A stretch of DNA of 32,000 bases, from assembly GCF_008000775.2 (NCBI RefSeq), contig NZ_CP042905.2, positions 720,001 to 752,000 of the forward strand. The letters run 5' to 3'. Below the pieces are notes generated by a model, which did not search any database, had not been told where the DNA came from, and saw only the letters and a list, made by a program, of their open reading frames with translations. The stretch is from Promethearchaeum syntrophicum. GTDB lineage: Archaea; Asgardarchaeota; Lokiarchaeia; Sigyniarchaeales; Promethearchaeaceae. A program made the position numbers and the translations under genes. Shown piece after piece: positions 1 to 7,769 of this stretch. Every line of letters starts with the position of its first letter. The first letter of the stretch is position 1.

Positions 1-421
1 TTATTAAATAATCTGTATTTTCCATTAAAATTTTTTTCACATAATCTGAATTCGTAAAATTAGTTAATTGGATTTGTCCTATCATTATAGAATTTACAGG
101 TTCCGATCGAAATCCTCCAGATTTTCTAGCAATTCTTGCTCCATTACTTGCTGCTGCAACTACAGAAGCTTCTTCAGTAACCATTGGTATTAGATAATCT
201 ACGTCATTAATTTTAAAATTAGTTGCAATGCTAAAGGGTAAAGAATAACATCCTATTACATTTTCACTCATCATATCTAATTGTTCATCATTGAAATATC
301 CATAATTTTCTAATATCTGCCTTTCATCTTTCTCTAAATTAACCAATTTTGAGATACACGCTTGTCTTTCAAAGAAAGAAAGTTTATGAAAACCTGAAAT
401 TTTCGAATGATCCTTTTTCAT
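1..421 (-). CDS. hmgA: HMG-CoA reductase, class-II-like, 5' part only (gene runs off the left edge of the window)
   Basis: Not in the ORF track because there is no stop inside the window. Hand translation of the minus strand from ATG 421..419 gives MKKDHSKISGFHKLSFFERQACISKLVNLEKDERQILENYGYFNDEQLDMMSENVIGCYSLPFSIATNFKINDVDYLIPMVTEEASVVAAASNGARIARKSGGF... The block ENVIG..LP...A.NF.IN......PM..EE.SVVAA.S is the N-domain signature of class II HMGR. The ATG overlaps the TGA of the upstream gene (ATGA at 418-421). Confidence 0.8.
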   Translation of the reverse strand, partial: MKKDHSKISGFHKLSFFERQACISKLVNLEKDERQILENYGYFNDEQLDMMSENVIGCYSLPFSIATNFKINDVDYLIPMVTEEASVVAAASNGARIARKSGGFRSEPVNSIMIGQIQLTNFTNSDYVKKILMENTDYLI

Positions 422-1614
422 TTTACGTTCAAATTCAAATTAATAAGATCATCCATTAAAAATTTCGCTTCTGGAGATGTTTTTTCTAATAATTTGCTTG
501 GACCACCAATTTTCCCGATATTTATATCAAATTTATCATTTAAATTGACTAAATCTTCTAAAATTCTTTTAGTAAATTTGGTTCTGGTTAATAAAACCAC
601 CGAAGGTCCTGTATCTATAGAAAAAAACACAGAAATTCCTTGTTTCCTTAATTTTCGTGTTAAATGCATTATAGAGATGGTTTCTGGAGTCCACAAAATA
701 AGATTTTTGTCAGGGGATCCTGTCATAGTAATTGCATGTAATTTTAATGTATCGAATTCTGACATTTCACCTAGCTTTTCAAAATTTTCATTGATTAAAT
801 CATTATAGAAGTCTAAAATGTCTTTTTTTCTGGATTTCATCCAAGAATTATAAAACGGACTGAGGGGTGCAATTTCATGGGCTTTATCAGTTTGTATCTT
901 TGATTGAATTGAGATTGTGATTAAATCGATATCATTAATAAAAGTTTGAATTTCTTTCGTATCAAGGCGTATCCCAAAACTTACTTTTGGATCCATATTT
1001 GGATGACTCATCCACAGTCCAATTCCTCCAACACAACTACGGATGGCAGACCCGGCTAAGTAACGTGAAAAAAGACACCTTAAACTTAGATTATTTGTAA
1101 ATTTAACTTCATTATCATATAAAATAGAAATTGCCGCATGAGCTATAGATGCACCTGCTGAAGCAGAAGTTCCTATTCCTTTCCCTAATACGGTTTTACT
1201 ATTCCTTTTAATTATGTTTCGTGAAATTATTATGGCTTTGGTATTAATTTTAGAATATTTCCGAATATAGTTTAATTGATGAGATACTCGAATAAATTTT
1301 TGATCTTTAGACTCAATTTCAATTCCATTTAACATAAAACGATCCTTTTGATACTTTTTAGAGAATTTTAAATAGGTAATTGTGAAAAAAGCATCGTTAT
1401 TTAGAGAAATACTTGGAAAATTTGCTGTTCGATGATCTTTATTTGCTAATCCGTGATATTTTAGCATTCCTTGTATTGGATATGCAAGAGTAAAAGCTTC
1501 TCCTTCATTTTTTATTGCGTTTAAATTATTAGGTAAACTAGGTAATGAAATTTTGTTCTTATTAAGATATAATGCTATTTCTTCAACATCTTTTTTTAAT
1601 AACTCATTTAGCAT
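418..1614 (-). CDS. Diphosphomevalonate decarboxylase-family GHMP enzyme (MVD / phosphomevalonate decarboxylase / related; exact substrate not decidable by eye)
   Basis: 398-aa ORF. AYPIQGMLKYHGLANKD..FPSISL..FTITY matches the MVD N-terminal signature (AP.NIA.IKYWGKRD..LP.N.S.S.TL..T.T). GHMP ATP loop GKGIGTSASAGAS. SRYLAGSAIRS matches R..SGSA.RS. C-terminal FFSIDTGPSVV matches DAGPN. There is a 16-nt gap to the upstream HMGCS gene and an ATGA overlap with HMGR. Confidence 0.75.
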   Translation of the reverse strand: MLNELLKKDVEEIALYLNKNKISLPSLPNNLNAIKNEGEAFTLAYPIQGMLKYHGLANKDHRTANFPSISLNNDAFFTITYLKFSKKYQKDRFMLNGIEIESKDQKFIRVSHQLNYIRKYSKINTKAIIISRNIIKRNSKTVLGKGIGTSASAGASIAHAAISILYDNEVKFTNNLSLRCLFSRYLAGSAIRSCVGGIGLWMSHPNMDPKVSFGIRLDTKEIQTFINDIDLITISIQSKIQTDKAHEIAPLSPFYNSWMKSRKKDILDFYNDLINENFEKLGEMSEFDTLKLHAITMTGSPDKNLILWTPETISIMHLTRKLRKQGISVFFSIDTGPSVVLLTRTKFTKRILEDLVNLNDKFDINIGKIGGPSKLLEKTSPEAKFLMDDLINLNLNVK

Positions 1615-1630
1615 ATCAATCAGCTAAAAA

Positions 1631-3352
1631 TCATAAGTCAATTTGAGAAATTGATGCCATTTCTTCTATTTCAGAAGAAATCTTATTATCTACTAATTCA
1701 AGATATGGAGATGATGAAACAGAACGATAAATAGGCATCCAATTAAGCAATCCTTTTGGTGAATTTGGAGGATCTAATTTATGAGTTTTCCATCGTCTCA
1801 ATTCAAATTCCATGGTAGAACCAATAATAGGTTTGTTCTTTATCAAAATAAATCCATCCATTAAAGGAGATAGATCATTGCTATACGGTTTTATTTCTGT
1901 CAATGTCCCTGTTAAAGGGAATTCGATTAAATTAGAGCCAGAGTGTCCTTTCGGGCAATAATTCAAGCCATTATATTGGGATAGAATGCATCCTTCATTA
2001 CAATAATTCAATGAAAATGCACATTCTTTATTGCTTGAAACGATTTTTCCCCATTGTAAATTTGAAGAAATTTCATTTTCATGAAGTTTTTCATATTCTT
2101 GAACTGTAATTTGAATTTTATTATCTAAATACTCTTTTAAATTTAAGGGATTACTTAAAACCGTCTTAAAATTTGGTTGAATTTTCAATAAACCAGAAAT
2201 ACAAGTAGATCCAGATCCGTATGACCCAAAATATATTGTATCATTAACTTGTGCAAAATTTTCTACCAGATACATAAATTCTGCCCATATCGCCGAAGAA
2301 TACATATTTCCAAACAAGGCAGGAACTTGTAAAGGAGGGAGAGAAGTGTTTTTAATTTTCCGAATGATCCATTCTTCAATTTCTTTTCGTTTCTCTTTCG
2401 GAAAATTTTTAGAATCTAATTTTGATTTTATATCTTTTGATAGAAGAAAATCATTGTCTAAATCATTGAAATATGGGACTTCTTTGAATTCAATTTTCTT
2501 TTTAGAAGTTTGAGTAATTAAATCTTCAATCCTGCCAATCCATCTTTCAGCAATTAATTTTTGCATTAATTTTAATGGTAGTTTAGCATACGGTGCATGA
2601 AATAGATAATAATCCGCAGATATTTCTCCAGTTTGAGAGATTAGATCATCATACGCTTCTATTTGAAAATTTAAATATGCATCTACTGAATAGTGTGAAA
2701 AAACTTGTGCTGTTCTATCTCCTTCTGGACGGAAAAAATCATTAATATTCGCTGAAACTTTTCCAAACGTATTTGAAAAAATTGCAATTCTCGGATTTCT
2801 CGACAATATTAATGCAACGGCTCCAGCACCTTGAGTAGGTTCTCCTGGACTATATAAATCATAAATGCTGATATCTACAGCAATTACAAGTGCTTTTTTT
2901 ATTATTCCGGCTTCAATCATTGCAATTGCATTAAGAATTGCCATACTAGCGGCTGCACAAGCGTTGCTAACATCTTGTGTAAAACAGTTTTTAGATACTC
3001 CTAATAAATCTTTATAGATATTCGAGATCGATTTTACTGCATATGGATAACTTTCACTTCCTACAAAAAGCGCATCAATTTCTTTCGGATTTATATTTCC
3101 ACGTAAAATGGCATTATATCCCGCTTTTAAACCCAAAGAAATACTATCCTCACCAGCAAAAGTGTTAGGAATTCTCATTTCATTGGCCATTAATCCAAAT
3201 TTATATTTCTTAGGGTTAATTTTACGGGCATTTGCTAGTTCTTTTAAACTAAGAAATAAGTGTGGGCTGTAAAATCCTATCGAATCAATACCTATATTTG
3301 AAGAAAATAAATCGTTCCGTTCCATAGCAACTATATTCAATAAGGTTGTCAA
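1631..3352 (-). CDS. mvaS: HMG-CoA synthase with an extra C-terminal DUF35-like (Zn-ribbon + OB-fold-like) extension
   Basis: 573-aa ORF. HMGCS hallmarks are GIDSIGFYSP near the N-terminus, the catalytic-Cys region DVSNACAAAS, FHAPYAKLP and GNMYSSAIW. Residues ~440-573 lie beyond the normal end of the synthase. The track start is TTG 3352; ATG 3325 (MERNDLF...) is an equally plausible start. Confidence 0.8.
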   Translation of the reverse strand: MTTLLNIVAMERNDLFSSNIGIDSIGFYSPHLFLSLKELANARKINPKKYKFGLMANEMRIPNTFAGEDSISLGLKAGYNAILRGNINPKEIDALFVGSESYPYAVKSISNIYKDLLGVSKNCFTQDVSNACAAASMAILNAIAMIEAGIIKKALVIAVDISIYDLYSPGEPTQGAGAVALILSRNPRIAIFSNTFGKVSANINDFFRPEGDRTAQVFSHYSVDAYLNFQIEAYDDLISQTGEISADYYLFHAPYAKLPLKLMQKLIAERWIGRIEDLITQTSKKKIEFKEVPYFNDLDNDFLLSKDIKSKLDSKNFPKEKRKEIEEWIIRKIKNTSLPPLQVPALFGNMYSSAIWAEFMYLVENFAQVNDTIYFGSYGSGSTCISGLLKIQPNFKTVLSNPLNLKEYLDNKIQITVQEYEKLHENEISSNLQWGKIVSSNKECAFSLNYCNEGCILSQYNGLNYCPKGHSGSNLIEFPLTGTLTEIKPYSNDLSPLMDGFILIKNKPIIGSTMEFELRRWKTHKLDPPNSPKGLLNWMPIYRSVSSSPYLELVDNKISSEIEEMASISQIDL

Positions 3353-3462
3353 CCTTTAATAAAATATTTATGAAAAATTAATAAACTTTCATAAATGGTC
3401 CAATTGGTTAGTATTTTGAACGATGGTTAATTATTTTTCATAAAAATTCTATTGAGTTTAAA

Positions 3463-4608
3463 ATGAGCAAAATCCCCGTAGTAGATGTTAACATAGGACA
3501 AAAAGAAATTGAAGAAGTAATCAAGGTTGTTAAAAGTAAATTTCTCATAGAAGGTGAAAATACGCACCAATTTGAGGCAAAATTTGCTAAATTCACTGGA
3601 GCTAAACATGCAATAACAGTAGTAAATGGGACCTCTGCTCTTCATTTGGCATTAACTGCCCTTGGAATAGGTCCTGGTGATGAAGTGATTACAACTCCTT
3701 TCACCTTTATTGCTTCCAGTAACGCTATTACTTTTAACGGTGCTATTCCAATATTTGTTGATATCGATATTCTTACATACAATATAGATCCGGAGAAAAT
3801 TAGAGAAGCTATTACCGATAAAACTAAAGCAATTATGCCAGTTCATATATTTGGAAATCCTTCTAATATGAAAGAAATAATGGAGATAGCCAATGAACAT
3901 AATCTTTATGTAATTGAAGATTGTGCTCAAGCTCATGATGCTCGAATATCTGGAAAGCATTTAGGAACATTTGGGACTCTTGGAGTATTCTCATTTTATG
4001 GAACTAAGAATTTAGTTGGTGGGGAAGGTGGGGCTATTATATCAAATGATGAAGGATTATACGAACGAATAAAAAGTCTTAAGAATCACGGGAGAAATCC
4101 AAAGGGTGGTTACAATCATTATCAGATTGGTTACAATTATCGTATTACAGATGTAATTGCTGCAATAATGAATGTTCAAATGGATCGCGCTCATGAAATT
4201 TTAGATCGGCGTCATAGAAATGGTGATTTATATCGAAAACTACTGAATGACCAAAATGGATTAAAAATTCAAAAGATTTTACCCAATCATAGTCATTCTG
4301 ATTATATTTTCGCCCCTGTAATTACTAAAAAAGAGATTACTCCTCAAAAAGTTATATCCTATCTTAAAGAAAAAAACATCGCATCGAGAACTATTTATTC
4401 CATTTTATCATACCAACAACCATGCTATCTTAACATTTTAGATTGGATTTTTGCAAAAACAGTAAAATATCCTGATTATTCTAAAGTATCATGCCCAAAT
4501 GCAGAATATGTTTCAACACATCATTTTGAATTACCAATGGTTTCAACATTATCCGATGAGAACATCTATTATATTGTAGATTCTTTAAAATCTTTTCTTT
4601 CGGAATAG
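3463..4608 (+). CDS. DegT/DnrJ/EryC1/StrS-family PLP-dependent sugar aminotransferase
   Basis: 381-aa ORF. FE.KFA.FTGAKHAITVVNGTSALHLAL, GDEVITTPFTFIAS, IMPVHIFGNP, YVIEDCAQAH and FSFYGTKNL (PLP lysine) are the canonical motif order of this family. Confidence 0.9.
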   Translation: MSKIPVVDVNIGQKEIEEVIKVVKSKFLIEGENTHQFEAKFAKFTGAKHAITVVNGTSALHLALTALGIGPGDEVITTPFTFIASSNAITFNGAIPIFVDIDILTYNIDPEKIREAITDKTKAIMPVHIFGNPSNMKEIMEIANEHNLYVIEDCAQAHDARISGKHLGTFGTLGVFSFYGTKNLVGGEGGAIISNDEGLYERIKSLKNHGRNPKGGYNHYQIGYNYRITDVIAAIMNVQMDRAHEILDRRHRNGDLYRKLLNDQNGLKIQKILPNHSHSDYIFAPVITKKEITPQKVISYLKEKNIASRTIYSILSYQQPCYLNILDWIFAKTVKYPDYSKVSCPNAEYVSTHHFELPMVSTLSDENIYYIVDSLKSFLSE

Positions 4609-4673
4609 ATTAACGGGTTAATTTTACGGATGATGGATTATTTTCGGGTATTTTCCTGTCTTTTACTTATCTA

Positions 4674-4681
4674 TTTTTTTT
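4674..4681. terminator. Oligo-T tract between convergent genes (possible archaeal-type terminator)
   Basis: T8 run in the 128-nt spacer between the 3' ends of 3463..4608 (+) and 4737..5156 (-), with further T4-T5 runs just upstream. Oligo-T is the usual archaeal termination signal, but T runs are common in this AT-rich DNA. Confidence 0.25.
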
Positions 4682-4736
4682 ATTATAGAATTTGAGCAAG
4701 TTTTGGGTTTTAAAGGATTTATTTTAGCAATTTCCT

Positions 4737-5156
4737 TTATATTAGGTTGATTTCGATTGAATCATCTAAATTTGCTTTTATATCCTCAATATACCTCAAA
4801 ATTTCATCTTGAGAATCAAATTTTCTGGGACCAATTATATCTTTATCATTTTTCATTTTGGAGAGATCTAAAGTCGTTTCATGGTCAGTAAAAGTAGTTA
4901 GAATTTGTCTTAAACGTTCATATTGGCTTTCTTCTAATTTAGATATTTCATATCGAATATCAATATCTTCAATTTTTTTCCATTGGATGAGTCCTTTAAT
5001 TGCTTCGGTTTCAGAAAATCGCAAATAGAAAATCTTTGAAAATTTATGATTCAAATACGAGCAAATATCATTAAACCAATGAATTACAAATTCCTCATTT
5101 TGCTCACGATCAGAATATGGAGATTTTCTAGGGTTTTTACTTATTAAATTATTCAC
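4737..5156 (-). CDS. Hypothetical protein (139 aa), no recognisable domain
   Basis: Clean ORF with a GTG start, acidic/helical composition, and no overlap with a better ORF. No motif recognised. Confidence 0.5.
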   Translation of the reverse strand: MNNLISKNPRKSPYSDREQNEEFVIHWFNDICSYLNHKFSKIFYLRFSETEAIKGLIQWKKIEDIDIRYEISKLEESQYERLRQILTTFTDHETTLDLSKMKNDKDIIGPRKFDSQDEILRYIEDIKANLDDSIEINLI

Positions 5157-5518
5157 TCGATGGGATCTTGTTATTCAATTAATTCATTTTTTTCAATAAA
5201 CAAATCAAAAAATTTTTCTGTTAGAAGATCAAGCTCAAATGGGCTATAAAATTGGGATTCAATTTTGTTTTTTCCCATTTCACAAACCAACTCAAGGATC
5301 TGACAATTTAAATTTAACTTTATTAATTTTTTTCTAAGATTCTGTATTTACAAGCATTCACAAAAAAAGGATTGAATGATCCTAAATAGAAGTGAGAGAA
5401 TTCTTTAAAATCTTTTTTTTCAGAATAGATTAACCGAACATTTTTAACAATAATTAATCTAACACAAAAAGTATGTTCAAAACATTTTTCTGAAAGTAAA
5501 CCCATTGATAAAAAAAGC

Positions 5519-5671
5519 CTAATCTTCATGAGCTACTTCGTAGGCACCAAGATTAGGGCTAATCACAATAATTCTCTCTTTAATCAAATCGTGGACAACA
5601 GCTTCAACTTTTTGGAGACCTGCTTTAGGTTCTTTTATCATTTTCAATATTTGTTTTGGATGTTCTAACAT
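5519..5671 (-). CDS. Possible small protein (50 aa), below the ORF-track cutoff
   Basis: Hand translation gives MLEHPKQILKMIKEPKAGLQKVEAVVHDLIKERIIVISPNLGAYEVAHED*, with an ATG start, TAG stop and non-low-complexity sequence. It overlaps the start of track ORF 5323..5529 by 11 nt. Confidence 0.25.
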   Translation of the reverse strand: MLEHPKQILKMIKEPKAGLQKVEAVVHDLIKERIIVISPNLGAYEVAHED

Positions 5672-5736
5672 TTTATTTTCGCCTCACACAAAAGTTTATG
5701 TGTAAATCTTATAGGAAAATGCTTGAATTTAAATCT

Positions 5737-5852
5737 ATTTTCACGTATTTTCACGTAGATTAATAAAAATATGTTAGATTAATTAAATAAAAGTTAGTTT
5801 AATTAAATAGATTAAAACTGAAAGTTTGTTCAAAGCATTTTACTGAAAGTTT
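5737..5852. repeat. Cluster of short direct repeats in the intergenic region upstream of 5937..6593
   Basis: The 10-mer ATTTTCACGT is in tandem at 5737-5746 and 5747-5756. The 17-mer GTTAG(A/T)TTAATTAAATA occurs at 5773-5789 and 5793-5809 (1 mismatch, 20-nt period). The 11-mer ACTGAAAGTTT occurs at 5817-5827 and 5842-5852. Confidence 0.6.
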
Positions 5853-5936
5853 AATCAAAATTTTAAACACTATTCCAGAGCTAAAATCTATTTTAGATTG
5901 CTAAAGCATTTAAGTTTCAAAATTATAGAAAATTTG

Positions 5937-6593
5937 ATGGCAAGAATCGAGGTCTATGTAATTGTGAAAGAGGAAGGGACATGCTTAACTAAATATGATT
6001 TTTTAGGGGATACTGAAGAAACAAAAGATCAACTTGTCAGTGGATTTTTAACAGCATTAAATTCATTTGCTAAAGAAATCGGATTCCCAAAAGGTGTTAG
6101 CTTAATTCGCTCAGGAAGTTTAGAAGCAAGGTTTAGTCCAGGGAAAAATGTTTTCACAGTATTGATAATCGACTATTTCTTACCTTTAGGATTAATGGCA
6201 GAGCCTATTCTTTCTTCATTAGCAAGAGAAATTACTGAAACTTTCGAAAAAAAATTTAAAAAACCCTTAAATCAAAGTAAAAAAGGAAATATCTATAAAA
6301 CTAGCGAATTTCACGGATTTAGAGGATATATTGACGATTTATTAGATAAATATGGTCGCGAATCTCTTGAATTGTACCAGAAATTAATATTAGTTGAATG
6401 CTTATATGATAATGTTCCAGAAGACATTATTATTCCTATACTTACGAAAGTTACTAAAAAACAAGATGTTCTAAGTGAATTTAAAAAAATCCCAAAAAAA
6501 TTTCAGAAAATCGTTAAAAATGCAATTAAAAAAATTAATTACAGGTATGCTCCACTTTGGCAAATTTTCGCAATTCCAACTCTTATTTTCTAA
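5937..6593 (+). CDS. Hypothetical protein with an N-terminal roadblock/longin-like (MglB-like) sequence pattern
   Basis: The track ORF starts at TTG 5898; the first ATG at 5937 gives MARIEVYVIVKEEGTCLTKYDF....QLVSGFLTALNSFAKEIG...LIRSGSLEARF..GKNVFTVLIID. This is a beta-strand, long helix (SGFLtAlnsF..E), beta-beta pattern typical of small-GTPase partner domains. The confidence value refers to the region being coding; the fold call is weaker (~0.3). Confidence 0.55.
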   Translation: MARIEVYVIVKEEGTCLTKYDFLGDTEETKDQLVSGFLTALNSFAKEIGFPKGVSLIRSGSLEARFSPGKNVFTVLIIDYFLPLGLMAEPILSSLAREITETFEKKFKKPLNQSKKGNIYKTSEFHGFRGYIDDLLDKYGRESLELYQKLILVECLYDNVPEDIIIPILTKVTKKQDVLSEFKKIPKKFQKIVKNAIKKINYRYAPLWQIFAIPTLIF

Positions 6594-6614
6594 TTTAGGA
6601 TAGAAGCTTTATCT

Positions 6615-7034
6615 TTATTCTTTTGGTTTTCTCACATACATAAGCATCGATTCAGCATACCCTGTAATGATTTCGTTTCCTTTTTGATTTGTAATAATCG
6701 TTTCAATTTTACATTTTTTATGGGAATCAATTTTAATTATTTTCAAATGAGCGATAACTGTGTCTCCGATATAAACAGGTTTTTTAAATTCTAAATTTTG
6801 CGAAAGCCATAAATTTCCAGCACCCATTAACTTGGTTAGACCTGCAGAGATTAAGGATGCTGCAATTAATCCATGTGCAATAGGTTTTTTAAAAAAAGTG
6901 CGTTTTGCAAACTCATTATCGTGATGGATTGGATTTCGATCCCCGCTTAAATTCATAAATGTTTCAATGTCTGCTTTTGTGATTGTTTTAGATACATCAC
7001 ATTCTTTACCTAACATTCCCTCCATGGAAATCAC
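6615..7034 (-). CDS. MaoC-like (R)-specific enoyl-CoA/ACP hydratase-dehydratase (hot-dog fold)
   Basis: 139-aa ORF. NLSGDRNPIHHDNEFA matches the hydratase-2 motif [ST]GD.NP[LIV]H.{5}[AS], followed by PIAHGL. The track start is GTG 7034; ATG 7025 (MEGMLGK...) is an alternative. Confidence 0.9.
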   Translation of the reverse strand: MISMEGMLGKECDVSKTITKADIETFMNLSGDRNPIHHDNEFAKRTFFKKPIAHGLIAASLISAGLTKLMGAGNLWLSQNLEFKKPVYIGDTVIAHLKIIKIDSHKKCKIETIITNQKGNEIITGYAESMLMYVRKPKE

Positions 7035-7723
7035 TTATTATGATTTTTTTTTTTTTTATTAAGTTGAATTTCCTTTGCTTTCATCATCTTATCTAACCAT
7101 TTTCTTTTCATAACACATTTTGCGGGATTTCCTCTCCAAACTTCTTCAGCAGGAACATCTTTATCAATCAATGAGCCAGCAGAAATCACAGAATTTTTAC
7201 CAATTGTCACACCTGGAAAAATAGAACAGTTTCCTCCAACTTTACAACCATCTTCAAAGATTGGGCCTTCCATCGGAATATCCACCATCCCCATGTATCT
7301 ATCATTCATAGTACAAACATCTGGACCAATAAAGCAATCTTCTCCAATTATAACATCTGCTGTAATTAAAGCACGAGTTTGGATTATGCTGCCTTTACGA
7401 ATAATTGTATTGCATTCAACAATAGCGTTACGACCAATCATAACTTCATCTTCAATGGTACAACCTTCTCGAATTGATGCCCCATCTCCAATAAATACTC
7501 GTTTTCCGATTTTGGAACCTGCATAAATTATCGCATTAGAACAAATAATTGTTCCTTCCCCGATTTCAGTTTTGGGATATTCTTTTTCTTTGCCAGCGAA
7601 TATCGAATTAATTCCAAATATGGGTTGTTTATTGAAAACAACGTTTGGTTGCACAATAATGGATGGTTTTTCTTCAGACATATTTAAAAAAAGATGGCGG
7701 TATAAAAAAAGATTCACTAACAA
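7031..7723 (-). CDS. Left-handed beta-helix (hexapeptide-repeat) acyl/acetyltransferase, sugar N-acyltransferase type
   Basis: Consecutive [LIV]G..... hexapeptide turns (IGEGTIICSNAIIYAGSKIGKRVFIGDGASIREGCTIEDEVMIGRNAIV...IGKNSVISAGSLI) end in VWRGNPAK. The likely true start is ATG 7681 (MSEEKPSII...). The stop overlaps the MaoC start region. Confidence 0.85.
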   Translation of the reverse strand: MLVNLFLYRHLFLNMSEEKPSIIVQPNVVFNKQPIFGINSIFAGKEKEYPKTEIGEGTIICSNAIIYAGSKIGKRVFIGDGASIREGCTIEDEVMIGRNAIVECNTIIRKGSIIQTRALITADVIIGEDCFIGPDVCTMNDRYMGMVDIPMEGPIFEDGCKVGGNCSIFPGVTIGKNSVISAGSLIDKDVPAEEVWRGNPAKCVMKRKWLDKMMKAKEIQLNKKKKNHNK

Positions 7724-7769
7724 TTTTATTTTATTATAGGTTTATCTACCTACTAAGGTCAGATGATAA
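7682..7769. promoter_or_regulatory. Divergent intergenic region (putative bidirectional promoter) between the LbH/MaoC pair and the DUF354-PPTase-hydrolase operon
   Basis: 88-nt AT-rich spacer with TATA-like strings (TATTTAAAAAAA, GGTATAAAAAAAG, TTTATTTTATTATA) between two divergently transcribed gene sets. Assigned by position only. Confidence 0.3.

Noticed and set aside
407-808. 133-aa plus-strand ORF from the track
   Set aside because: It lies entirely antisense to the well-supported MVD-family gene (418-1614). The sequence is low-complexity and Phe/Ile/Lys/Ser-rich, typical of a shadow frame in AT-rich DNA.
3427-3960. Two minus-strand ORFs (3427-3645, 3652-3960)
   Set aside because: They are antisense shadows of the DegT aminotransferase gene, have no motifs, and show implausible composition (many Phe/Tyr/Asn/Ile/Cys).
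5323-5529. 68-aa minus-strand ORF in the 5.2-5.9 kb spacer
   Set aside because: It has no motif and its hydrophobic/Cys-rich sequence is not convincing. It may be real as part of a string of tiny ORFs (35 aa at 5171-5278, 50 aa at 5519-5671), but I cannot support it from sequence alone.
7293-7526. 77-aa plus-strand ORF
   Set aside because: It is antisense to the hexapeptide-repeat acyltransferase. The periodic repeat of the real gene keeps the opposite frame open.
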